DNA from: an uncultured Acidobacteriota bacterium
GTDB taxonomy: Bacteria; Acidobacteriota; Polarisedimenticolia; J045
DNA: 64,000 nt
Assembly (NCBI GenBank): GCA_963702545.1
Contig: CAVPDB010000006.1
Coordinates: forward strand, 187,594-251,593
Direction: 5' to 3'
The notes beneath the pieces were generated by a model. It made no database searches, was not told the DNA's origin, and saw only the letters and a program-made list of their open reading frames with translations. This document shows, piece after piece, positions 31,296 through 39,563 of the stretch. A program made the translations under genes and the position numbers. Each line of letters starts with the position of its first letter. Within the stretch, counting starts at the first letter, position 1.

Positions 31296-32057
31296 CGGCG
31301 GGACTCGAAGGCGTGGGCGCCCGCGAACGGGTTGTCGCGGAAGTGGCGCACCGGGTCGGCCAGCCCCGGCGTCGCGACCGCGCGCAGCGGCTCGCCGTGA
31401 GCGACGCCGATCAGGCTGCCGTAGTAGCGGTCGCGGGCCTCGATCGCCGCCAGCGCGCCGGACGAGCCGATCAGTGTCGGCGCGCCGCCGGCCGGGGGCG
31501 CGACCTGCGAGGCGTGGCAGACGATCGCCGCCGCCTTGCGGGCCGCAGCGGCCGAGGTGTCGACGACGAAGCTCGGCGTCATCCGGTGGCGCAGCGCGTA
31601 GTGCAGGACCTGGCGCGGGACGAAGGGCGCCGCGGCGCCCGCGCCGTCCGGATAGCGCGCCAGGCCGGCCAGGAAGGTCGCCTTGAGCAGCAGCGCTGCG
31701 GCCGCCTCGTGGTCGGGATGCCGGTCCTCGATCCAGGGGATCAGCACGATCTCGGGACGGATCCGGCGCAGCGCCTGCACGACGGCGGCCACCTGCTCCG
31801 GTACCGCCGGGTCCAGGCCCGCGTCGGGCAGGCCCAGGTTTTCGCGCCGCTTCAGGCCCATCACCTCGGCCGCCGCCGCGGCCTCGCGCGCCCGCTGCTC
31901 CGGTGTGCCGTGCGTCGCCCGCTCGCCGCGGGTCAGGTCGAGGACGCCGGTCGAGTGCCCCAGCTCAGCCGCGCGGATCAGCGATTCCGCCGCAGAACAG
32001 CTCGACGTCGTCGGGGTGCGGGCCGACCGCCAGCAGGTCGAGGCCGAAGTCGCTCAT
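31292..32057 (-). CDS. bshB1: Bacillithiol biosynthesis deacetylase BshB1 (frameshift near 31985)
   Basis: LDLLAVGPHPDDVELFCGG, DLTRGE, RENLGLPD, DRHPDH, CHASQ, RDRYYGSLIGVAHGEP; ATGA overlaps at both ends. Confidence 0.88.
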
Positions 32058-33577
32058 CGGAGGTCCTTCAGGGTGGAATCGAACGGGTCGATCGCGTCCA
32101 GCACGCGGGACACGAACGCGTGATCGCCCCAGCGGGAGGCGAAGGTGGCAAGGCCGAAGACGCGCTCCTGCGGCGCGCCGCCGGGGTGCAGCATCCGCTG
32201 CACGCGGCGCAGTTCCTCGACGCGGGTGGCATCGCGGTGCAGCAGCGCCGCGCGGTACTTTGCCGCCAGCTTCTCGACCGACCCGCGCACGCTGGCGGCG
32301 GTCTTCTCGAGCGCGGTGTCGAGACCGGGGCCGGCGGCCAGGAGCCGCGGCGCCAGCGCGCCCAGCGCCGCGGCGAACGGCCCGGTCAGCGCCACCTCGA
32401 CCTCGGCCGCCTCGCGCGCCCCGTCGGCGCCGCCGGCCAGCCGCGCCAGCAACTCGGCCTCCGGCCGCTCCGCGTCGGCCGGGGCCAGCCCCAGCCGGTC
32501 GAGCAGCGCCCCGGTCTTCTCATCCACGACGCGGAATCGCGCCCGCGGCACCACCCGCGGCATCGTCATGCCGAACGCCGCGTAGAGCGGCGGGAGCTGC
32601 TCGAAGTAGGCGACCTCGGCCGGGCCGCCGACGTAGGCCGCGGTCGGCAGCAGCGTGTCCTGCACGATCGGCCGCAGCAATGCGCTGCTGCTGAAGGCGA
32701 GCGGGTCGGCCTCCAGCGCGGCCAGCAGCTCGGCAAGCGAGTGCCGCGTGCCGCCGCCGGCGGTCCGGAAGGCGTCGCCATCCGGCTCCAGCCGGTAGCG
32801 CGGCCCGGCCGCGCCGTGTGGATGGAAGAACGACAGCGGCGCTCCCGCCCGGATCGGGATCTGCACGGCGCGCCCCGCCGTCTCCAGCTCCGCCGCCCGC
32901 GCCGCGAGCGCCGCCGCGAGCGGCGCCGCCTCGCGCAGCGCCCGCGCGTGGACCGGTGCGGCCAGCGCGGCGATCGCCGGGTCGCGCGGGTCGAGCAGGA
33001 CCAGCCCCTGCTCCGCGAACAGCTCGGCCAGCACGCCGGCGAACGCTTCGGCCCAGCCCGCGCCGGGCCGGTAGTGCCGCGCCAGGCGCTCGGCGTGGGC
33101 CGCGCCGTGCGGCAGGTGCGCCAGCTCCGCGCGCAGCGCGTCGAGCCGGTCGAGCACCTCGGGCGGAAGCACCGCGTGCGCCACGGAGCGGCGGTCGGCG
33201 GCGTCCGCGGGAAGAGACAGCGTCAGCGGCTCGCCCTGCGGCCGCCCGATCCGGACGCTCGCGATCTCCGGGAGGTCGTGGTCCTCGGTCTGCAGCCAGA
33301 AGACGGGGACCACGGGCCGGCCCGACTCCGCGGCCAGGGCCCGAGCCAGGCGGACCGCGCTGGCCGCCTTGTAAAGCGTGAAGAGCGGCCCGAGAAACAG
33401 CCCGACCTGCTGGCCGGTGACGACCGCCGGCGCGCCATCGGCCAGCGCGGCCAGGTGCGCGTCGCGGGCGGGGCTGGGCGCCCGGCGGGCATTCTGCTGC
33501 CGCCAACTCTTCAGCACCGCGGGCGGAACGGGACGCGCCGCGCGGCCCAGGGCCGCGCGGCGGTCGTCGTGCGTCAC
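32054..33577 (-). CDS. bshC: Bacillithiol biosynthesis cysteine-adding enzyme BshC
   Basis: VVTGQQVGLFLGPLFTLYKA, VPVFWLQTEDHDLPEI, SALLRPIVQDTLLPTAAYVGGPAEVAYF, PQER. Confidence 0.93.
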   Translation of the reverse strand: MTHDDRRAALGRAARPVPPAVLKSWRQQNARRAPSPARDAHLAALADGAPAVVTGQQVGLFLGPLFTLYKAASAVRLARALAAESGRPVVPVFWLQTEDHDLPEIASVRIGRPQGEPLTLSLPADAADRRSVAHAVLPPEVLDRLDALRAELAHLPHGAAHAERLARHYRPGAGWAEAFAGVLAELFAEQGLVLLDPRDPAIAALAAPVHARALREAAPLAAALAARAAELETAGRAVQIPIRAGAPLSFFHPHGAAGPRYRLEPDGDAFRTAGGGTRHSLAELLAALEADPLAFSSSALLRPIVQDTLLPTAAYVGGPAEVAYFEQLPPLYAAFGMTMPRVVPRARFRVVDEKTGALLDRLGLAPADAERPEAELLARLAGGADGAREAAEVEVALTGPFAAALGALAPRLLAAGPGLDTALEKTAASVRGSVEKLAAKYRAALLHRDATRVEELRRVQRMLHPGGAPQERVFGLATFASRWGDHAFVSRVLDAIDPFDSTLKDLR

Positions 33578-33579
33578 GG

Positions 33580-34443
33580 CTACTTCTTCCAGTCGGCGAT
33601 CGCCTTCGCGATGTCTTCCTTGAAGAACTGGTCGTAGATGCTGTTCCCCGGGCCCAGCTTCTGCGACTGCTCGGCGGCGGCGAGCGCCTCGGCCTTCTTC
33701 CCCTGCTTGCCGAGGATGCTGGCCTTGACCCAGTTGTTCCACCAGTTCGGCTCGATCGCGATCGAGGTGTTGATGTAGGAGAGGGCCTGGTTCAGGTCGC
33801 CGCCCGAGTCGAGCAGGTAGCGCGCCGCCTGCCAGTGCGGGCGCCAGGCGTCGCCCAGCGTCTTGTCGATGCTGGCCGCGACCTGGGCCTTGGTGTCGAC
33901 GGTAATCGGGATCCGGACCCGCGTCTTCTCCCACTCCAGGTCGAGGTTCGCGCCGGAGTCGGTGGTGTCGGAGAAGAGGAAGGTCAGGCGCTCGCGCGAG
34001 GTCGCCATCGCCTGCGGCGTGAGCGTGATCCGGGCGACGTCGTTCTTCTCGTCGTAGCCGTTGGTCCCCGACAGGTCGGGCTTGGAGTTGAGGATCACGG
34101 TCCAGCTGGTCTTGCCGGGGATCGTGAAGAGCGAGTAGCTGCCGGCCGGAACCGGCTTGCCGCCCAGGGCGAAGTCGCGGCTGGCGGTCAGCTTGGTCGC
34201 CATGTTGGCGCCGGTGCGCCAGAGCGTATCGAACGGCACCAGCTCGCCCCAGATGACGCGGCCCTTGACCGCGGGGCTCGAGTACTCGATCGAGAAGTCG
34301 GTGATCCCGACCCGCTGCTCGAGCTTGGCCTTGGGGCTGGAGGCCGGGGTCTCCATCGCGCTCTGCGCGAGGGCGGGGGCGGCCGCGAGGCCGGCCAGGA
34401 CGAGGGCGGAACAAACGGCCTTGTAAACGATCGGTCTACGCAT
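33580..34443 (-). CDS. Secreted DUF2911 domain protein with C-terminal TPR
   Basis: Signal peptide (…APALAQ), SPKAKLEQRVG, IEYSSPAVKGRVIWGELVPF..LWRTGAN, GSYSLFTIP, LEWEKTRV, then a helical TPR-like tail. Confidence 0.88.
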   Translation of the reverse strand: MRRPIVYKAVCSALVLAGLAAAPALAQSAMETPASSPKAKLEQRVGITDFSIEYSSPAVKGRVIWGELVPFDTLWRTGANMATKLTASRDFALGGKPVPAGSYSLFTIPGKTSWTVILNSKPDLSGTNGYDEKNDVARITLTPQAMATSRERLTFLFSDTTDSGANLDLEWEKTRVRIPITVDTKAQVAASIDKTLGDAWRPHWQAARYLLDSGGDLNQALSYINTSIAIEPNWWNNWVKASILGKQGKKAEALAAAEQSQKLGPGNSIYDQFFKEDIAKAIADWKK

Positions 34444-34511
34444 GGAGGGCTCCTGAACTGCCGGACGCCGGGAGTGGCGGCCGGGGACGCGGTGGCACGC
34501 CGAACCGCGGG

Positions 34512-34539
34512 ATTGTACCGGCCGCGGGGGGACCGGCAA
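34512..34539 (-). promoter_or_regulatory. Candidate sigma-70 promoter of the DUF2911-bsh operon
   Basis: Minus strand TTGCCG-N16-TACAAT, about 70 nt upstream of ATG 34443. Confidence 0.4.
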
Positions 34540-34575
34540 GACGGCCGGTCGCGGCCTGAGGAGGGGGCTCGCGGC

Positions 34576-34616
34576 GCCGGCCGCGCCGGGCGGGGTTTCC
34601 GCCCGGCGCGGCCGGC
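34576..34616 (-). terminator. 18-bp perfect stem-loop after the surface-protein gene
   Basis: GCCGGCCGCGCCGGGCGG-ggttt-CCGCCCGGCGCGGCCGGC, about 15 nt after the stop at 34631; no U-tract. Confidence 0.5.
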
Positions 34617-34630
34617 TTCCGGCGCGATCG

Positions 34631-37436
34631 CTAGTTTCGCGGCGGCGAGCGCAGCGTCGTCACCACCGTGAACGGCAGCGACGGCGACGCGGTTCCCTCG
34701 CCCGCGAAGAACAACCTGAGGGTCTCGGCGTACGACGAGGACGGGCTGTAGTCGGTCACGTAGAGCGAGACGAGCTGATCCAGGTCGAGCCCGGTCGGCG
34801 CCAGCTCCGGCGGGAGCGTCAGGTTGGTGACGTTCCAGCTGGTGCGGGCCTTGGGGTTCAGCACCACCTGCCAGGTCCGGTCCTTGCCGGGCTGCGCAGG
34901 GTCGTTGTAGACGAACCAGACCCGGCCCACCTTGTTGTTCTTGGCCGGCGGCGGGTCGTCGAGGCCCCAGGTCATGACGCCGCCTGAGTACGAGAACGGG
35001 TCGATCCGCATCAGGCGCGGGATCTGCAGCGTGGCGGCCGGGGCGGTGTTGCTGGTCTCGGTGTAGGTCGAGAAGGCGGTGGGCGCGCCGTTGACCGGGA
35101 AGAAGCTCTGGTTGACCAGCGTGAACCAGTAGTCCTGCGGGAGCTGGTCGAACAGGTAGTACTGCCCGTTTGTCGCCGCCGGGACCAGGTTCTTGGTCCC
35201 GAGGCTGTAAAACTGATTGCCGCGGGTGCCGGCGACCGAGACCACGTCCACCGGGTCGACCGCGTTGAACAGCCGCGAGGCGGCGGTGCGGTTCAGGTTG
35301 ATCGTGTAGCTCGCGCCGTTGGTAAAGGCCTGGTCCAGCAGGAAGCCGTAGCTCGCCGGCCCGACGTCGCTGAAGCTCGAGTTGTCGCCCATCAGCGAGA
35401 TCGTGCCGTTCTCCTGCAGGTCGCTCTGTCTGACCGTGAACTGCTTGGACGTCTGGCCGATCCAGGAGGTCGGGCCGAACTCGAACGGCTGCACCCGGCC
35501 GAACAGTGTCGGCGTCGGGTTCAGCGAGACCGTCACCGTGCCCACGTCCGGGTCGGTCACGCCACAGCCCTCGACGCCGCCCGGCAGCGAGACCACCAGG
35601 GTCCCGACGCCGTCCGGGATGTCGACGAAGCTGAAGATCAGGTCGCCCGAGACGGTCGTGTTGGGCCGGCCGGCGGAGAAGGTCAGCGGCTTCGTCTCCG
35701 AGCTGAGGTCGACCACGCCGCTCGGGACCGGTGGTGAAGGTCTTCTCGACGGTGCCGTCGCTCCGGTCGTGGACGGCCACCAGCGCGCCGGACAAGGGAG
35801 CGCCGCAGTTGTCGACGATCTTGACGCCCAGGGTCGGGTTGCCGCCACCGCCGTCGTCCAGGACGAACGCCGCACCCACCGAGGCGTCGGCGTTGAGCGT
35901 GACGCTGCAGGCGCCGGTTCCGCTGCACGCGCCGCTCCAGCCGGTGAACTTCCAGCCCGACGCGGGGTGGGCGGCAAGGCCGACCTGGGTTCCGTCGTCG
36001 TACTGCGCCGAGCAGGCCGAATTCCCCTGGCCGCAGTTGATCCCGGCCGGCGTGCTGTCGACCCGGCCGCCGGCCGCGCCGGCGCCGGCGCTGACATTGA
36101 CCGAAAGAGTGCGCTTGGGGGTGGACTGCGCGAAGTTCGCGCCGACGCTGGCGTTGGCGTTGAGCGTGATCGCGCAGCTCCCGGTGCCGGTGCAGGCCCC
36201 GCTCCAGCCGGTGAAGTTCCAGCCCGAAGCCGGCGTGGCCGTGAGCGAGATCCCCGTGCCGACGGGCCATGCGTTCGAGCACTGCGTATTGCCCGCGCCG
36301 CACGAGATCCCGGCCGGCGTGCTGGCGACCGAGCCGCCCGCGTCCGGCGTCACGCTGACGCTCAGCGTCGGCTGGGCCGCCTCGCTGAAGTTCGCCCCGA
36401 CCGTCGAGTCCGCGTTGAGCGTGACCACGCAGGCGCCGGTGCCGCTGCAGGCCCCGGTCCAGCCGGCGAAGCTGAAGCCCGCAGCCGGGTTGGGGGTGAG
36501 CGTGATCACGGTGCCGGAGAGGAACGACTCCGAGCAGCGGGTGTTGGCCGCGCCGCACGAGATCCCCATCGGGTCGCTGGTGATCGAACCGCCCTGCTCG
36601 GGCGTGACATTGACCGTCAGCGTGCGGTTGACGGGGATCGCGTTGAAGGTCGCGGTGACGCTGCGCGCCGCGCTCATCGTGACGCTGCAGGTTCCGGTCC
36701 CGGTGCACGCCCCGCTCCAGCCGGCGAAGACCGAGCCCTGGGCGGGCGTGGCAGTCAGGGTGACCACGGTCCCGGCGTCGTAGCTCGCGGTGCAGGTCGC
36801 GCCGCAGTCGATCCCGGCGGGGCTGCTCGTCACGCTGCCGCTGCCGCTGCCGGCGCGCGAGACGGTGAGCGCCTGGTCGGGGACGTCGACCGCGAAGACC
36901 AGCGTGTGCGGCCCGGACACGGTCAGCGTGTAGCTGAAGTTCTTTCCGGCGCGCGCGAGCGAGATCGGCCGGCCGTCGAGCGTCGCCAGGATCGTCCCCC
37001 CGCCGGCCGGCGGCCTGATCGTGAACTTGACCTTCTTGCCCGCGGTGTACGACCCGGCCGTCGGCGAGACCGAGATCCCATCCCGCGCCTCGACCGTCAC
37101 CGGGTAGGTGAAGGCCGCGAAGCTCGCCTTGAGCGAGTGCTTGGCCTGGACGTTCGTGAAGGTGTAGCTGTAGCTCGTCGCCTGCGACGGCACCGGCTGG
37201 TTCGACCGGTCGACCGCGACGGAGGAGATGTAGAACCCGCTGCTCGCGGTGACCTGGAAGGTCTGGTCCGCTCCCGGCTGCACGCTGGCCGAGCGCGGCG
37301 AGACGGTACCGCCCTTACCCGCGGTCGCCTTGATCTTGAACGGCTTGGTGGACTGTGCGAGTGCGCTGCTGCCCGCGGCCAGGAACGCCAGGAGCAGCAC
37401 GAGTGCCACGGTGAGCGTGTGACGGGTCGAGCGCAT
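34631..37436 (-). CDS. Secreted surface protein with InlB B-repeat-like (Flg_new-type) domains (frameshift near 35725)
   Basis: Signal peptide MRSTRHTLTVALVLLLAFLAAGSSALAQ; four Cys-containing repeats of about 85 aa (GSVTSSPAGIDCG...VTLTATP..G..F.GWSGAC.GTG.C) plus divergent N-terminal copies; a beta-rich C-terminal region in the frame ending at 34631. Confidence 0.82.
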
Positions 37437-37573
37437 GCCTTCACCTCGGGAGGGGAAACAGCGGCGACCAGCCGCATCCCCTCGCCGGCGGCTGGATCGG
37501 GCTTCGATGGCGCGAAGTCGTGCCATGGACCTGCGTGGGACGAAGCAGGAATTGTACGTCGATTCGAGGAACG

Positions 37574-37599
37574 TTGTTCGGCGTTCTTTTGCCGAACAA
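37574..37599. promoter_or_regulatory. Perfect inverted repeat, candidate transcription-factor site
   Basis: TTGTTCGGC-N8-GCCGAACAA, beginning 17 bp upstream of a minus-strand TACAAT (37551-37556). Confidence 0.5.
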
Positions 37600-37694
37600 A
37601 CAAATCGGTCAGGCAGCGCGGCGGCGGACTTCGCTTCCCTCCGCCTCCGCTCGGGGCCGCCCGGCCGGGGGCGGCGCGGGCCGGGTCCGCTCGT

Positions 37695-38336
37695 TTACTC
37701 GCCGCTGCCCTTGAATCGATCGTCGTCCTCGGCGAACAGCACGTTGAAACTGGTGAGCGAGCCGTAGCACCCCGTAATGTAGCCCTGCAGCTTCAGCCGG
37801 GCTTCCGCCGACAGCTCCTCGGCCGCGTTGATCTGCTGTTCGAGTACGCGCAGGCGATTGCGGACCGCGACGATCTTCTGGAACAGCGTCTCGATCGGCC
37901 AGCTCTTCTCGGCCACGCCGGGACGGCCGGGCCGCAGCACCAGCTCGCCTCCGCGCCACTTCTCGGCGGGTGCGACCGGCGTAATGCCGCATTCCTCGCG
38001 GATCACGCGGCGCAGCAGGGTCTCGAGATCGGCGACGGAGCCGTCCTTCACGTCGATGGTCATCGGGGGGTCCCGGCGCTCGCGCTCGGTGGCGAGCGGG
38101 AAGGTGCTGCGGGGAGAGGCGGAAGGCGCCGCGCCGGGCGAAACCCCGGCCGCAGCGGCAGGGGCGGTCGGCGCACCGCCGCGGAAGTTGTGCTGGCTGC
38201 CGCAGTAGTCGCAGTTGACGCGCAGCGGCCGCCCGGCGGGGTCGGCCACGATCACGGTGTGCCGGCGCTCGGTCTTGCAGGCCCGGCAGAGGTCGAAGAC
38301 CGGGTCGCCCGCGCCGTAGCGGCGCTCGGCGCTCAC
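37695..38336 (-). CDS. Hypothetical protein with N-terminal Zn-ribbon-like motif
   Basis: CRACKTERRH...CDYCGSQH, an Ala/Pro linker, then a compact domain KWRGGELVLRPG...RLRVLEQQIN...YITGCYGSLTSFNVLF. Confidence 0.75.
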   Translation of the reverse strand: MSAERRYGAGDPVFDLCRACKTERRHTVIVADPAGRPLRVNCDYCGSQHNFRGGAPTAPAAAAGVSPGAAPSASPRSTFPLATERERRDPPMTIDVKDGSVADLETLLRRVIREECGITPVAPAEKWRGGELVLRPGRPGVAEKSWPIETLFQKIVAVRNRLRVLEQQINAAEELSAEARLKLQGYITGCYGSLTSFNVLFAEDDDRFKGSGE

Positions 38337-38475
38337 GGCGCGAGTCCCGGGCGCATCCGGAATCGCTTCGCCTGCCTCTCGCGCCTGCGCATCCCAACGT
38401 CCTCGCCCGGAGCCCGCAGGTTAGCACCCGCCGGGAGCCCCGGCGACGGGCCGAGTCGCCGCGGGACCGGTCTTT

Positions 38476-38766
38476 TTACACCAGCCTGCGGCGCGCGAGG
38501 AGTGCGGCGACCGCCGCCCCCAGCAGCCCGACCGCGAGCCCGGCCGGCGCGCCGATGATCGCCAGCAGGAAGAAGACCGGCTCATCGACGTGGAAGACCG
38601 CGGCCACCGCGTTGTGCAGCACGGCGAAGACCGGGAAGGCGATCGCGGAGATCCAGGCGAGCGCCAGGAAGGTCTTCGTCCAGCCGCGCGGCGTGCGGAC
38701 CCAAAGGGTGAACAGCACGACCGCGGCGAGTACCGCGGCACCGACCATCAACAGGAACTTGCTCAT
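38476..38766 (-). CDS. Small 3-TM membrane protein
   Basis: Three hydrophobic segments; ATGA overlap with the TetR stop. Confidence 0.7.
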   Translation of the reverse strand: MSKFLLMVGAAVLAAVVLFTLWVRTPRGWTKTFLALAWISAIAFPVFAVLHNAVAAVFHVDEPVFFLLAIIGAPAGLAVGLLGAAVAALLARRRLV

Positions 38767-39350
38767 CGTCCCTCCAGCAGCGTCTGTCCGATGTCCCTGA
38801 GCAGCGTCCGGCGCGCCGCGCCCGTCAGCAGCCCCACCTCGCGCCCGATGTTCGAGATCGTGCCGAGCCCCAGCAGCGCCCAGGCCGCAGCGTCAGCGTC
38901 GACGCCGCCCCGGATCCCGCGGGCGGCGCGGTGCTCGACGATCCGGTCGCGGACGTAGCGGTGAAAGCGCCGATAGGTCGCCCGCAGGTGTCCTTTGACC
39001 GCGTCGTCATCGACCTCGTCGAGCCCGGCGAAGAGCACGCGATAGAGGCCGAACTCGCCGTGGTGCGTCGCCTCGTGCGCGAGGATCCGCTCCGCCCCCG
39101 TCGCCTGCCCCTCGCCCGCGTCGAGCAGCCCGTCCCAGATCGACAGGGATCGCTCGTAGACGTGGTCGATCGCGGCCAGGAACATCGCCTTCTTGTCGTC
39201 CCAGAGGCGGTAGAGGATCGTCTCCTGGACCCCGCAGCGGCGGGCCAGCTCCGCGGTGGTGGCCCTGCGGTAGCCGACCTCGGCGAAGGCTTCGGCCAGG
39301 ACGGGGAGCAGTTCTTCGCGCTTCTCGGCGGAACGGTTGGGACGCGGCAC
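38763..39350 (-). CDS. TetR/AcrR family transcriptional regulator
   Basis: AFAEVGYRRATTAELARRCGVQETILYRLWDDKKAMF N-terminal HTH; RBS GGAGG. Confidence 0.92.
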   Translation of the reverse strand: MPRPNRSAEKREELLPVLAEAFAEVGYRRATTAELARRCGVQETILYRLWDDKKAMFLAAIDHVYERSLSIWDGLLDAGEGQATGAERILAHEATHHGEFGLYRVLFAGLDEVDDDAVKGHLRATYRRFHRYVRDRIVEHRAARGIRGGVDADAAAWALLGLGTISNIGREVGLLTGAARRTLLRDIGQTLLEGR

Positions 39351-39373
39351 GGCGGGCCTCCCGATCGCCGCGT

Positions 39374-39402
39374 AGTGTAAGTGCCTACTTGCAAAATGTC
39401 AA
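39374..39402 (-). promoter_or_regulatory. Sigma-70 promoter of tetR with overlapping palindromic operator
   Basis: Minus strand TTGACA-N17-TACACT; the near-palindrome TGTAAGT-GCCT-ACTTGCA (39376-39393) covers the spacer and -10. Confidence 0.75.
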
Positions 39403-39563
39403 GGGCCGTGGCGGGATGCCTCCGGGCGGTCGCGGCAGGCCGGTGAGCGGTCCCGGGGGGCCCCGCGGCGCGGCGCCCCGGCCGAGCCGTAGAACCCGGC
39501 CGTACCGTTTACTTTCCCGTTCGTTCCGGCGTACCTTTCCGGAAACTCGCGCGAGGGTCCCCC

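Noticed and set aside
25716-32057. Programmed frameshifting or phase variation in the bsh/PIG-L/SSS genes
   Set aside because: There are several shifts per gene at unrelated short GC runs with no slippery heptamers or long homopolymers; sequencing error is more parsimonious.
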